This document shows positions 37,401 to 49,097 of a stretch of 64,000 bases of DNA, piece by piece. The notes under the pieces are model-generated. The model ran no database searches and was not told the origin of the DNA. It saw only the letters and a program-made list of their open reading frames with translations. A program made the position numbers and the translations under genes. Origin of the DNA: Tubulanus polymorphus (taxonomy: Eukaryota; Animalia; Nemertea); the NCBI RefSeq assembly GCF_964204645.1, contig NC_134032.1, forward strand, positions 10,342,275 to 10,406,274, written 5' to 3'. Each line of letters starts with the position of its first letter. Within the stretch, counting starts at the first letter, position 1.

Positions 37401-40400
37401 GCTTGTCAGGGTTTGTTTGCCCCCGTCGAAGCTCCCGCCAAACCCTGGCCGCAGACCCTTCAGTGGTATATTACATTGCCCGAGATATCTTGGGTGGACA
37501 GGTTGCCGCTCGGTCGCCACCAGTCCATATATCTAGCCAATCAGATGCGTTGTTTTTCAACGGTGAATTACTGTCTCCCGATTAGTTATAGACCGGCCAG
37601 GGTTTGTGTTAGCGTGAGGCTATCAAACCCTGACAGTTGAGGATGGGCCTATCATATCCCCAAATCCCCGAAGATCAAATTCTAGTCTAGAGTTGAGAAA
37701 CAATACCAAATCGCAATCCAAAACAGATCGCCGTCATTTGTTCACGGCCTTGACCTATTAGAAATATCCGCGATGAAATCGCCGCCGAAAAACTGTTCCA
37801 TCAATTTCAGGAATTGAAGAATATTTCATCAAAGAAATATCTCTGTTTCCACGCGTGTATGTGTACCACCCGTTATCTGCCCGGAAACACCGCACTTCAA
37901 GCGTATATATGATCATATCATTACGCGACGCATCTATTGAAAATCTACAGAAAAAGGTCGCGGTTTCTTTGGATGCTTAGAATAAGTCGAATTTCGCATG
38001 GAGATGTCACGAGTTCCCCGAAAAGTGATGCAGGGAAAATATTCGAATGATTTCCGGACGAAAAGAATTGAAATCGGAAGGATAAATCCCTCTGATTTGA
38101 TTTCTTTTCGTTCTGAAATCACCACGTAAGCTTTTACTAGGGGCTGTCCACTTAAGATGTCCATGGTCGAGGTGAGGGGGAACTTAGGAATTTTGTGGAA
38201 AAGAGAAGTAGTAGTTTGGATGTGGACATCCTTTTTCGTGTGATCGCCAATGGAACATCTTTTATGGATAATAATGTAGGCTTGTGCGTTCCTTACTGAC
38301 TGGATATCCGATGTCTTTAATTGCTTTTTTGCCCGATGGACACGGGGAGCCTATTTGTGCAATGTGGACATTCTGTGGACATGGGCGAGGGGATGAGAAC
38401 TTTGCAATTTTGTGTGGCCTTTTTTATGGACAGCCCATAGTAAAAATTTTGAGAAACAGAGGACTGTCTCTTACTGCGCTAGTGTATAAACTTGTAAAAT
38501 TCTACCACGAGTTTGTGTCATATACTGAGTAAGAGTTTGTGAAATACAGTAGACTCTGTCTCTTACTGCGGTAAAGTTGAGACTGGTGAAATTCTACGTC
38601 GAGTTTGTGTCAAATACTGAGTAAGAGTTTGATAAATACAGAAGACTCGGTTTCTTACTGCGGTAAAGTTGAGACTCATAAAATTCTACCACGAGTAGGT
38701 GTCAAATACTGAGTGAGAGTTTGTGAAATACAGTGTAGAATCTGTCTCAGTTAATTTGAGACTGGTAAAATTCTACCACGAGTCGGTGTCAACTACTGAG
38801 CCTATCATAAGAGTTTACGCAGTCGACTCTGTCTCTCGCAGTCGAGTTTATCGACAGAAATTCTACACCCTAAGCAATATTTCATAAAGGTCCACACTAA
38901 AAATATTCTCCCATACGCGAAAATAATTGATGCGCTCAATTCAAAAGGCCATATTTATAAATAATAGATGAAAATCAATTCTATGGAAAATGTGCGCAAT
39001 TCGCGCCGTTGAGAAAATGTGTATCGCATTAAAGAAAATCATTTTGTTAAATCGATCCTATTCGAAACACATATTCTATCATAATTGATCGAAGATGGAT
39101 ATTTTTTCTAAAACAAACAGATAATAACGCGAGTATAGCCTAGAACCACCCTTTCAGGCACATTATCATCGCACAGGGCTTTCCAAGTCTCGACGATGGA
39201 ATTTTAAAATTAACAGACGAGCCGTATAATGACAGTGTCGGTGTTTGTTGTTCATTTTCGATTCAAACGCCCGCAGGTGATCGAACTCAGCTCCCGAACG
39301 CGCAGGTCTGCAGTCTGGACGGATAAAAATTCAGCATTTCGATTGTCTAGGTTCCAGGCAACCGATTGATACCTGCGCGTATTCAAATGCTTATTCATGC
39401 GCTAACACGTGAATTGCGCATAAATAAATATATTAATATTTATTCTAAGCTATTAACGAGAGCCATTAAGTGACGGTGAAGTGTCCAATTCGCCCGTGGT
39501 GCCTTGAACGCAGCGCGCCGTCGAAATCCAATATAATATATAGTTTGACTTTCACGCGTATGTATATATTTATATATACCATATACACTTTCTATATAGA
39601 ATCGTGATATTTGATATAAACGGGGTCTAGGTATCTTGATAGTAGTGAATATCCACGCGGAGTTAGTCGCGCGGTTATGAAATCAGAATTTCATCGAGTT
39701 AGTATTCAACCGCGGTGATTTGATCGTATTCAATTCAAGTCAATCGTCTTTCGAAGGCGTCTTTCATAGTACATAGACTGGTGGCCGCTTAGTGGTAACC
39801 CGTCCGCCCAAGAAATCTTGCCGTGTTCTCATATTTCAAATTGTTTGAATAAATAATTTCTCGATTTAAAAATTCTTTTAATTTGTGCATAGTTGGTTTT
39901 TATCTAATGACCAAAGTAGTGTTTGCAGCCAGGGTTTGTGGTAAGCGAGGACTGGGTTATTATCACTCATCGTAGCTCGATGGCGGGAGGCAAGGAAGTC
40001 CCGGCAAGTGAGGATGTGCCGGGTAGGAAAAAAGTGCAAAAAGTCCCATTCCAAAAACCACAAGCGCGAAACCCAAAGTCAATTAACGCCATCCAGATAT
40101 TTTTCTATTCCTTTCGATCAAACAGATTCAAATCTCCGGTGACCGAAAACCATTATCCGAGCGCGCGATTATAAACAAACGAATTGTTATGCGCTGGCCG
40201 CAATAAAAATAATGATTAGTTATTATTTTACGATTGTCATTATCGGCGCGATCTGCTGATGAAGCCGCTGCCGGTCCCACGGGATTCCTAGACGCAGCGC
40301 ATCATCAGGACAGGATAAATAAGAGACACGATCGATAATACCATGCTTAACAACGCCATCTGCCGGCGTGATCGTTCACATCATCATGCAATTATATCAA

Positions 40401-43400
40401 TTTTTCATTAATCGCAATAAATAATAGGAATTCATAATCCATAACCATCGAATTGATAATATCCACGGCTATGTGCCTAATGGGATTTTGATGTCCCCGG
40501 TGCCCCTTTCAAACATCGAAATATAATGCAATCGACTGAGGGGAAGAGTCTGCCATATCCCCAGAAGAATCATCTAAAATCCCCGAGGTTTCCTTTTCAA
40601 ATGTTTATGATACAGTTACGAAACCTAAGAAAAGACCGATCGTTAAATGAATCGAGCCGGAATTTGGTTACACAAACCAAAACGCTTCAATATTGAATCA
40701 TGATTACGTTGGACCAGAGAATAGAGGGGAGATCGAGCTAAGAGAAACAGGGTAGAGTGTGAGGTATGAGATCAACTATATAAGGAGAATGGCTGAGGAG
40801 AGAAGAGAGAGGGATGGGAGGTAAGGGGAAGAACGGAGAGATCGAGCTTGAGAGGCAGAAAAGAGAGTGAGGTATGAGACCGACGGACTAAGAGGTAAGG
40901 GCGAGTGAGGAGAGAAGAGAAAAGAGGTATACATGGGAGGGAAGTTAACAAGAAGGCAGACTCCAGTGTTACTTCGGAACTCGCCCTAGTTCGTCTTTTT
41001 TGGTCGTATCGTACCATTAGGATTCCAGAAGGTACCATCACAACTATAGGAGGCCCTATCGTTTCAAGGAAAACCCCACACAGTCCGTGGGCGAACTTCG
41101 GTTTTCGAAGTCGACTTCAAGTGGTCGGAACTAATAACCGAACGCACTATAGTTCGGTCTTTACGCATTTCACAATGTCGGCCATCTTGAAACTAGGTTC
41201 GAACTACAGCGACCGCGTGCTCGAGCCCGTGGTCGAGCATTTACAGGCCGTATATATGTATCCGACTAACTGACATTCGGAGAATACAGCTAATTATGTT
41301 ACAATCAAATCTGAGAATATGGACATCAGGATGTTGAAGAATGGGGGAACATGAACAGGGAGAGAGGATGGAATTTTTGCTGCTGTGTGACACTTATGTA
41401 CGTAACAATCTATACAGTTGACATAACAGTAATGACAGAAATGCTGCAGCTATCGTCCCCTCTCCCTTTCTCTCTCTAGCTAAATGATGTGTATGCCGAT
41501 TGCAAACAGAACATAATGAAGTAGAATCATACAGAGTTGATTGTTTGGATATATGGCGTGGTCACGTATTAGTAATAACTGATAATAAATATCACTTAAA
41601 TAGTTAATTATCTTGTCAACGATATCACAGACCCTCGGCCCGCGACATAATCGCCTGGTTATCATTATTGTATCTGTCTATTTGCATATTTTCCAATCTT
41701 ATACGATGCTTTCAACACTGCTAATACCGCGCGTATATTTTGATTCTGAATACGGTTGCGAACGGTTGCGCGGGATAGATTTGAACCTGTGGACCCAAAT
41801 GCGTGCGTTTGATTTGACGCTACTTCCTGTTCCACAAAATTGTGGGTTTAATTTGACTCCGGTTCCGGTTCCACGGTTGTACGCGCGGGGAAACGGCGAA
41901 ACACAAAACATGTTTGATCTTTAAAACATGGTTTCCCGCAAACATGTTTCTCGTTTCTTGTAAACGCACATGAGGCAGAGAAACGCCGTGTTTCCGTATT
42001 TCCCCGTGTCGTGCGCTTCCCCATTTTTCCCCGTTCAATAGTTGTGGGCCCATCGGCGAAACACTGTCCGTGTTGTGATGATATATAGAGAATACCGCAG
42101 ATGAGGTCGAAAATGTTCCGAAAGCTGATAACTTATTGGTTCGACCACGGACTATGACTACTAGTCCGTAATTCGACGTTTCGACTATTACCTAAAAGTC
42201 ATCTTCAGGAAAACTAAATTTTTCGGACTTCATCTTACGCGAGATTCTTTATATAGTTATTGGTTATCTCGCGGTTACAGTCACACCAGATAACGAGTCT
42301 AAATGGACCCAGTTTACACCCGTACCACACTCTTGAAATCTGATGATATCGGCAAAAACGTCACTTCGCTTATTCACCCCTTCGGTCCGAATAGGCGAAA
42401 TTAAAAAAAGAAAAACAACGATTTTTTCGTTCACGAGGAAACTATATACGGTATAGCGACGGCGGTCCGCTAGGGATCATCTGGTGTCAGCCTCATCATC
42501 CGCATTTTAATGAGATCCAAGTTTTATTAGCTAGGGACACCGACATCGGCAGCGGCCGCGACTGCTGGCTCAACACAGAACGCAATAATTGAGTCGTCAT
42601 TAGAATACTGTTACTCGCAAGGAGAGAACTGCGCGCGTGTGTGTTACTGTGTATTTTTTCAATAGCGAGCTGTAGCTGAAATAACGAAGCCACTGACGGC
42701 GAGCATACTTACAAAATACATTTCAATTGCTATTTCTAATTGGATGATGCTTCAGCGATTGCTTTTTCGTGCGCCTCAGAGAGCGAAAGGGCTGCGGAGG
42801 GGATCGATTGGAAATTTCACCGGCGGGGATCGCGTATGATTGCTCCGAAAATATAGCTCCGAACGACAGATGACGCCGCAAAAAATTTTCGAAATGTTGA
42901 AAGTGTATGGACAACCATGAACGACCTTCACATTTCTCGACGAGTTCAACGATTAGTAACTGTAATGACGACCTTCCCGTTTCCGATGACTTCAACGAAA
43001 CAGTCAGTAAAATTATGATTACATATACATGTAGTTCATTTGACACGGTAACGACCTTCCCATCTCGAAGACCAAATGATTCAGTAAAAATAATGATTAG
43101 TGAGTTGCAAATAACGACCTTCTCATTTTCGATGACTTCAACGACGCAATGAAATTATGATTATAATATACATGCAGTTCCTTTGATGTATGGTATCAAC
43201 TTCTCATTTTCCAGGATTAAACGATTCAGTAAAATTATGGTTGTGCATTACAAATGACGACCTTCTAATTCTCGATGACTTCAACGATTCGGTAAAAATA
43301 TTTGATTATGATTAGCTGTTGACGAGGACCTTCTCATTTTTTCAATGACTTTCACGATTCAGTTCCAAAAAGAATTGTTTCCAGTTTCTAGGCCCCATTT

Positions 43401-45900
43401 TGTAGTGGTCCCTCGAAGTCCCAAATTTCGAGATAATTTCACTATTTCCTTTCAGCATAAGTTCCGACTATAACTAATGACGCCCTTCTTATTTTCAATG
43501 AATGACTCCAACGTCGGATTCAGTCAAATTATGAATAGTTGCTGATGCAACAATCATTTGCTTTATAAAACATCAGATTCTGGGTAGTGCGAGAAGCGCT
43601 GTGAAATATGTCTCTCGGAGCAGTATACGAAAAGTACGGTAGTACATTATAGTTAACTTACATACACGTAGCTGCGCGGTGAATATTCTCACTAAATAAT
43701 GTCCTGGTTTCGGGGGAAAATAGCGCTAATTTGCAGCTAAAATGGCGATTTTTCGTGCAGTCGCATTTTAACAGGTTTCTCCCGATCGCATTATCAATGC
43801 GCTGTTGTATAAATTCATATGTTTATATATATATATATACACAATAAACGTAAATACCACCAGACATTTCTCAAAAAGTCATAGCGTGAAGAAGTGAGGA
43901 CGATCACATTTTGAATGTGTTATTCTGATAAAAAATGTCAAAAAATTTGTACTGATTTTAATGTCTAATACTGCCTGTCGATCGTTTTCAATCAAAATTG
44001 TCTCGGGTGAAGTCCTGGACCCGGTTCCACAGTTGTGAGTTAAGATTTGACTCAGAGTAAACCCATTAAAATGAACTCATTCTAACTCAGAGTTAACTCT
44101 AACTCGTGACTGTGGAACTGGATCCTGAACACGTAAGTTTGGATGATCGATATTGGCGAGAGTGTATACTGATAAAATGTCTAAATAATTTCTACAGTTC
44201 ATGTTCGATTTAAAGGCGTCTCAGGCGAAGTATGCTGATCACAACAATTGTGAATATTGCGGACGGTTATTTTTCGTCAAAATCGCGCTTATAAAATATA
44301 TACATCTAATGCCTGGTGTTTGTATTGTATATACAGTTCCTGTGTTCCACCTCGCAGAATGTAATACGGAATCCAGAAATCCCCGGAGACCCACTCCTCG
44401 CCGCGCAGTGCGCTGTGTAACGGAGAGACAGGTTCCAGGGTATCGGCTTCCAGAATCCGTTCCGTTGCGACGGAGACGCCGTTATACCGCAACTTGTGTA
44501 TTGATGAATACTGCCTCCCTCCCCTATATACGGGGGGGGGGGGTATCGTGCTATTCACTCAGTCCATGAAATGCTGGGGCGGATCTAGGGTCTGATTCAA
44601 GGAGGGGTGATAGAAAGGGCATCGCCACCGAGAGCAGACACTACGGTTCTCGGCACCACCATCGAGAGGTTATACCAGACGCTAAGGTTCTCGGTAAATA
44701 TGTAGACTTATGACACAAAAGTGGTGACTGCGCCAAAGGCATCCTATCGTTTCCTTACCAGGGAGGTGGGTAGGTCTCACCTCACTGCTTTTACTCATAT
44801 AAAAAAGTCGGCCGGCTGGGTCAACTTTTAAAGCTCAGCAGAAATGAGAGAAAGGTATCAATTTTCAGCCTAATCAGACATTTTTGTCTACGAACATTTC
44901 TAAAAGTTGATCGTCAGATTAAAATTCTCCGACGGGTATAATGAGGCTGCGTATTGATAGCCAAAACAATTAATATCCATTACTATAGCTTTCATCAGTT
45001 CGGCAGTCGATGGGGTCCTTCGATACGAAAATTGGACGATATGAAAACCCCACACGAGTGGAATCGAGCCATAAAGCTATCTCCCGGGCGAGCGGCAAAA
45101 TTCGCTGATTAAACGAAGCCGTGAGTTAATTATTAATGCACGAATACTAAACAAAAAAAAAACGATGGTTTCGGTCGCTTCGCAGAAACGGCATCGTTCG
45201 CCATAAATCAACCTCAAATACGTTTAATATGTAGCGAAGTAATAATAATCATTGTGTGTGTGTGTCTGTGTATATGTACGGGGTAGTTGCATAGGCCCGG
45301 CCAAATTTAACCTCGATTAGGACAAAATAAGCCGCGGTGCGAATTCGCGACATCGCTTGTATCAAACCGTTAGCAGGGGTGTCACTAAGATTTCAAAGGG
45401 GGAAGTGGCAGAACGAATTAATACAATCGGAACTATGCCATATTTCGCAGCGTACCCGACGAGCGTCAAATGGGTATTTCTGAATTCTCAACATTGCTTT
45501 AATGTTCTTAAATAGTCTTAAGTTTTGAAATTCGAAGCTTGGTGAGGGCCGTCTTGTGGACCTTTTAACGCGAAATATTTACGAAATTTGTGGAAAAACT
45601 CAATTTGGAACTAAAGAATGCGGAACTTGGATTTAGAAAGGGGTGTCGAACCCGAACTCCGAAAAGATCTTAATTCACGACTGCAAAGATCGTGAAGTAC
45701 AAAAAATTCTATCAATCTACAAGACTCGAAAACACCTAAAAATCATAATTGCATAGATTGGTTCCGAAATATATATGCATTTAAAACTAACAGCAAATAT
45801 TTACTGTAAAAATGTTTTTTTTTCGCTTACCGTAAGAATATTTTGAGTATGCCACATCCAGGGTTAAAACTAGCAGACCAACGATAAATCCATAAAACAT
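7291..45900 (-). CDS. Type I membrane protein: signal peptide + three CUB domains + TM helix + short basic tail, ~553 aa (SOL-1-like/invertebrate multi-CUB type)
   Basis: Exons (minus): 45900-45831, 14589-14509, 13457-13265, 12435-12227, 11459-11385, 10810-10621, 10223-10024, 9638-9452, 8825-8626, 7702-7586, 7430-7291. All introns are GT-AG and phase-compatible. CUB signatures: CNRTF...NCWMLF...CIGGRLLIYDG...LCG; LVSPGYPGIYPPSVRCKY...CTEDFIQIFEG...RVCG...FISQGDSLLLEFVS...GFDA; CDYEF...GDFHTP...CHYTF...DCSDSLQF...TIC. Exons 1, 2, 10 and 11 are less certain than the CUB core. Confidence 0.8.
7586..7702 (-). CDS. CUB gene exon: Pro-rich stalk and start of TM (TRNLVTT...RPKATLVTLAAS)
   Basis: Acceptor ctatacttag|, donor G|GTACGT, phase 1-1. 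Confidence 0.7.
8626..8825 (-). CDS. CUB gene exon: CUB3 C-half (EDCSDSLQFVE...TICD...FDYQYVR)
   Basis: Acceptor gtatacag|, donor G|GTAAGC. Confidence 0.88.
8996..9292. repeat. Inverted pair of tRNA/SINE-like units (arms 8996-9080 and 9212-9292)
   Basis: GTCTAGTGTGGCAGGG...GATGCCAT(G/C)AGG...ATCCCTGCCG on opposite strands; related unit at ~33995-34055. Confidence 0.7.
9452..9638 (-). CDS. CUB gene exon: CUB3 N-half (NYTGELVPGSICDYEF...CHYTF...VYEF)
   Basis: Acceptor tttttccag|, donor GA|GTAAGT. Confidence 0.92.
10024..10223 (-). CDS. CUB gene exon: CUB2 C-half (PGCTEDFIQIFEG...RVCG...GFDAQILTRWK)
   Basis: Acceptor ttttacag|, donor A|GTAGGT. Confidence 0.93.
10621..10810 (-). CDS. CUB gene exon: CUB2 N-half (CDFVID...SPGYPGIYPPSVRCKYLI...FDLKP)
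   Basis: Acceptor atttgcag|, donor AG|GTACGC; SPxYPxxYP...C motif. Confidence 0.93.
10850..11201. mobile_element. Cluster of second-subfamily Harbinger-like MITEs with an internal inverted repeat
   Basis: Repeated GGACCCAGTTCCAC / GTGGAACTGG termini; inverted arms at ~11020-11058 and ~11108-11146. Confidence 0.7.
11385..11459 (-). CDS. CUB gene linker exon (ESNSFDIKLTYGNYFPGTGRVKGT)
   Basis: Acceptor tcgttgcag|, donor C|GTAAGT, phase 1-1. Confidence 0.8.
12227..12435 (-). CDS. CUB gene exon: CUB1 C-half (CIGGRLLIYDG...LCGRY...FQMEVKFIKP)
   Basis: Acceptor tctctcgctag|, donor G|GTACGT. Confidence 0.9.
13265..13457 (-). CDS. CUB gene exon: CUB1 N-half (YCNRTFSGSDP...INCWMLFEG...RWDENLG)
   Basis: Acceptor ctctttatag|, donor AG|GTATTT; not in the ORF track. 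Confidence 0.88.
14509..14589 (-). CDS. CUB gene probable exon 2 (SQDNRNQCADAAARRTLRRTCELNSK), symmetric phase 1-1
   Basis: Acceptor cccccttccag|, donor A|GTAATT, 81 nt, open in the required frame. Confidence 0.55.
16750..17155 (+). repeat. ~30 bp minisatellite (AACTGTGGAACTGTCAAATTAAACTCACAC)
   Basis: More than 10 units visible; related array at 25065-25525. Confidence 0.9.
19470..19780 (+). repeat. Tandem array of ~42-54 bp units bearing B-box (GTTCGAATC) and A-box-like motifs
   Basis: GTTCRAATC at ~19471, 19523, 19577, 19613 and 19762; GTGGCAGAGTTCCACACGATGCC repeated. Confidence 0.75.
20225..20510 (+). repeat. ~30 bp minisatellite (GGARCCACCCTCTTAGACAAT)
   Basis: About 8-9 imperfect units. 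Confidence 0.8.
22552..22894. mobile_element. hAT-like MITE
   Basis: TIRs CAGGGGCGGATC...GATCCGCCCCTA; solo termini of the same type at ~4675, 18328, 24555, 44575, 53744 and 55276. Confidence 0.7.
23255..23640 (+). repeat. Dispersed repeat family (other copies ~27830-28200 plus, ~35290-35480 minus)
   Basis: Shared TTGACCGGTAACCAGTCTAGCC...ATATATTGATGACGTAGTGCACATC and flanks. Confidence 0.8.
25065..25525 (+). repeat. Degenerate minisatellite (ACTGTGGAACTGGATCCAGAGTCAAATTAAACCC)
   Basis: More than 10 imperfect units. Confidence 0.85.
30260..30550 (+). repeat. Minisatellite of 36/60 bp units (ATACACGGTTAGAGGAAAGATGGCTGCCTCCACAAACC)
   Basis: Six units. Confidence 0.88.
31123..31195 (+). tRNA. 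tRNA-Arg(TCG), variant; nested antisense in CUB gene intron 1
   Basis: 73 nt cloverleaf: acceptor GTCCGCG/CGCGGAC, D-arm GCCT/AGGC, anticodon stem TCTGA-CTTCGAA-TCAGA, T-arm GCAGG-TTCGAGT-CCTGT; T5 terminator at 31211-31215. Confidence 0.9.
31912..32390. mobile_element. Cluster of PIF/Harbinger-like MITEs (31912-32037, 32041-32142, 32229-32360 plus fragments)
   Basis: TIRs GGGCC(A/G)GTTGCA...TGCAAC(T/C)GGCCC; CTG target duplications on the first two copies. Confidence 0.85.
38485..38870 (+). repeat. ~91 bp tandem repeat (related 2-unit array at ~13025-13215)
   Basis: AAATTCTACCACGAGTTTGTGTCAAATACTGAGTAAGAGTTTGTGAAATACAGTAGACTC repeated ~4 times. Confidence 0.85.
42920..43535 (+). repeat. 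Degenerate ~60-80 bp tandem repeat
   Basis: ACGACCTTCTCATTT...GATGACTTCAACGATTCAGTAAAATTATGATT repeated ~8 times. Confidence 0.8.
44018..44124. mobile_element. Harbinger-like MITE, second subfamily
   Basis: ctg|GACCCGGTTCCACAGTTGTGAGTTAAG...CTGTGGAACTGGATC|ctg; related copies at 10979-11201. Confidence 0.8.
45831..45900 (-). CDS. CUB gene exon 1: signal peptide MFYGFIVGLLVLTLDVAYSKYSY
   Basis: Start acaaaATG, hydrophobic N-terminus, strong donor G|GTAAGC in phase 1 matching downstream exons; GC-rich ATG-free leader upstream. Confidence 0.75.
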
Positions 45901-46200
45901 TTTGTCACCGCGACGCGTAATGGACGATTAATAAGGGACAGGGATGACTGGTGGGTCGGGTAGTAGAGTATCCGCGCCACTGTGGGACTTGAAGCTAAAA
46001 CGCGCAGCAGCAGTGCGCTGAAGATTCCTCCTGCAGTATAAACCACGACCACGCGAGCGCCAACGAACGAAAACGACCGACGCACTGGCGATAGCGCGCA
46101 CTGACGAGTCGAGCGCGGCGAGGCAACAGTGTTGCACCGACTCGGCGCGCTAGCGGCAGCTTTCTCGAACGAGAAGAGTGGGGACGGGGGGCAGGGCAGG
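45901..46200 (-). promoter_or_regulatory. GC/CpG-rich 5' leader and core promoter of the CUB gene
   Basis: GC-rich and ATG-free on the minus strand directly upstream of the signal-peptide exon; Inr-like TCAGT near 46100. Confidence 0.45.
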
Positions 46201-47705
46201 CGCGTATTCAGACGTTAGCACCGTAGGCACGTGCTAACGTCGCAAAAGTTATGTGGCCACTTTTACATTCGATATCAACCCCGAACGTAGAAAAGGGCAT
46301 ATTTTTAGAAGACGAGGCAGATGATGATTTTAAAGAAAAAAGGCACATTCACTTGTCCATCAATTCCTAATAAAAACAAGAAAGGGCACTTTTAGTCGCC
46401 TCTATATCAATCCCAAAAGCAGAGAAGGGCACATCTTAACGAGACGAGGCAGTTTATTCTAAACATAAAGTTGCACCATTCTTCGGGATTTCATCTTTAC
46501 CTCGAAACAACATCTTAACGTATGTCGAGCACTTCGCATCAGCGGACGAACTCCCTAAAATTTCCCTTTCAAAAAGTCAGTGTGAAGAAATTAAGGTCAC
46601 GTATTTTTTTCGAAATTTGGATACAAATAACTGAATTTATTATAAATCACTGTGTGATTTGATGTATAGACCAATAATAACTTTTAAATTTTGGAAAATG
46701 GTCAAACCGTAAACTGTATAGTTAAATCATTCCGTAAAAGTGTTCAATTACTTGTTGAATATCGGAGATAAATATCAACGTAATAAAAATCATGAGACGT
46801 TTAAGTTTATATCTTCGAAAAAAATCATATATAAGATCCGTCCATTTTCAATAGGTGTCAGTTAGTGTCCCTTTTTTAACGGCGAGGAAGTACCCTTAAA
46901 CTGCCTCTCTAAAAAGCCGGGCACGAATCTGGGACGAGAATCATCCTAATGAAGCAATGGTATTCGTAGAAATTTCTCATTCCGAAATTCCCTGACTTCA
47001 AAGGAAAAAGCCCAGATTCCCTGTTTAACCTAGCAGGGAAAATTAATTCTGAAATTCCCTGATTTCCCTGATAGGAGCTATCGTCCGACAGCCGTTTCTT
47101 CGATCAAACATCGCTGCGACCCAGGCAAAATATCGAAGAAATTGACGAACACCAGATTACTCAAAAAGCTGTACAGATGTTGTTTTATTTGTTCTAAATA
47201 TTTATACACACAAAAACAGAAAAGTCCATGTACATTTTTACGCCATGTACAAAAAGCGTATATAATGACCTGTACAATGTAGTGACCAAGTTCCACAGTT
47301 ACTTTCGGGTTTTAAGCTACGTAGAGTTAAATTACAATAATATTGATACATTTATTGTTTAGCATATACGTGTCATTGATAGCACCGGGACTGCGCCCAC
47401 GGGCACGGACAGGACCGCGCCATTGCGGGCACTGGACCGGACCAGTTCGTGACCGCGCCGTTGCGGAGACAGTACCGAATACTCGCGTTTTTTCTTTTTT
47501 GATAATTCGTAAGTAGATAAAAATACACTTTATTTTCCAATAAATTAATACATCGGCTAAGTTATACTGATTCGCGTAGCGTCATAGTGTTCGGGAATTA
47601 CCCCTCTCGGTCGAAACAAGTATCCCCGCGTCCCTAATCGCGAGAAGATTCGTAGAGGAGCCGTGTGTTAACCGAGTTTAGAATAAATAACGATACTAGT
47701 AGTAC

Positions 47706-48048
47706 TATAAAGGTTAACTAGTTTCTTTGACGCACGAGTTTTGCATAATCGACAGTTTAGTTAGAATTTCTGTTTTAAATTCTCAAAAGCTCATTCTCAA
47801 GAGGGGAGGATAGGGAGTATAGGGAGTATAGGGAGTATAGGGAGAGGTAGAGGCATCTTCACCCTTCAAGGAATTCGAACCCGCTACGCTAAAGCTGTTC
47901 CCCTAAAGCTGGTGGAAGCGAGTTCGGGGAGCGATACCGGACCCCTGGCAAGCGAGGATGAGGTAGTGGGATGAGTAGCAGCTTCATCGGGCGAATGAGT
48001 GATGGTAGCGAAAGCTCGTGCGTCAAATAAAACAGTTAGTGACCTATA
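47706..48048. mobile_element. Degenerate TIR element
   Basis: Inverted TTTGACGCACGAG / CTCGTGCGTCAAA within ~40 bp imperfect termini. Confidence 0.55.
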
Positions 48049-48294
48049 CTCGTTTCGTCGAATTCATTCCCTAATCGTTTATTTCATTGTGCACTAACTA
48101 CAAATGAAAACCTTTGAAGTTTACATTGGAAAAAAAAGAATAAACTCGGAAAAACATCCGAGAACAAAATATCAAAGATTTATTTGGCTTCAGCTGAGGT
48201 CGATGTGTTTTTCTAATACTTCTTTAGAAAGTGACTAAATTCTGAAAATGTTTTTAAAGCAAATATTTTTAAAGAAAGTATAAAGTCTTCATAC

Positions 48295-48741
48295 TATGCT
48301 GGCTGATTCGGGCCATGTAAAAAATATCACAAATGGTGCAAATTTTTTTTTTACAGACACCTAAAAGTCGTTTTATCGCGCAATAAAACGAAAATTACCA
48401 CGTTAAAACGAGAAATTACCTCGATAAAACAAGAAAAAGTCGTTTTATTGCGCAATAAAACGACTTTTTCTCGTTTTATCGCGGTAATTTTCGTTTTATC
48501 GCGCTATTTTTTGTTTTAACGTGGCAATAAAATGAAAAAGTTCGTTTTATCGCACGATAAAACGACTTTTTTTCGTTCTATTGCGCAATAAAACCACTTT
48601 TTCTCGTTTTATCGCGGTAATTTCTCGTTTTAACGCGGTAATTTTCGTTTTATTGCGCGATAAAACGACTTTCTAGCGTCTGCAAAAAAAATTTGCAACG
48701 TTTGTGATATTTTTATTACATGACCCGAATCAGCCACCATA
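48295..48741. mobile_element. Fold-back MITE, largely palindromic, with ATAAAACGA sub-repeats
   Basis: TATGCTGGCTGATTCGGGCCATGTAA...TTACATGACCCGAATCAGCCACCATA; complementarity extends ~150 bp inward. Confidence 0.85.
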
Positions 48742-49097
48742 TCATACCGGTAGTTTGGTTGTTTTATTTGATCTATACAACTGTAGAGGCCGAGTCCACT
48801 TGAAATTCGGTGACGTCATTAAGAAATTCACAGGCGGCCATCTTAACGATGAAAATATTTGTTACTTAGCGTAAAAAAGATTCTGTAATTTCGTCGAGAC
48901 GAAAATCAACTAAAAAATTTTCGAATCAAATTTGTGACGTCATAAGGAGAGACACAGAGGCGGCCATGTTTCTAAATTCAAGATTACGTTCTAACGGCTA
49001 TTTATCGACGATTGTTCTCGAGACCCCTGAGAATTAAGATCGAAGATTTTTCTGATAAATGAAATTTCGCCGAGAGTTTTCGTTTTTTCTTCTATCT

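Noticed and set aside
16750-43535. Regularly spaced repeats as CRISPR-like arrays
   Set aside because: Eukaryotic context; units are degenerate tandem copies without unique spacers; no cas genes.
47378-47400. RE1/REST-like site AGCACCGGGACTGCGCC
   Set aside because: Wrong half-site spacing, it lies in a short GC-rich repeat, and REST is not expected in a presumed invertebrate.
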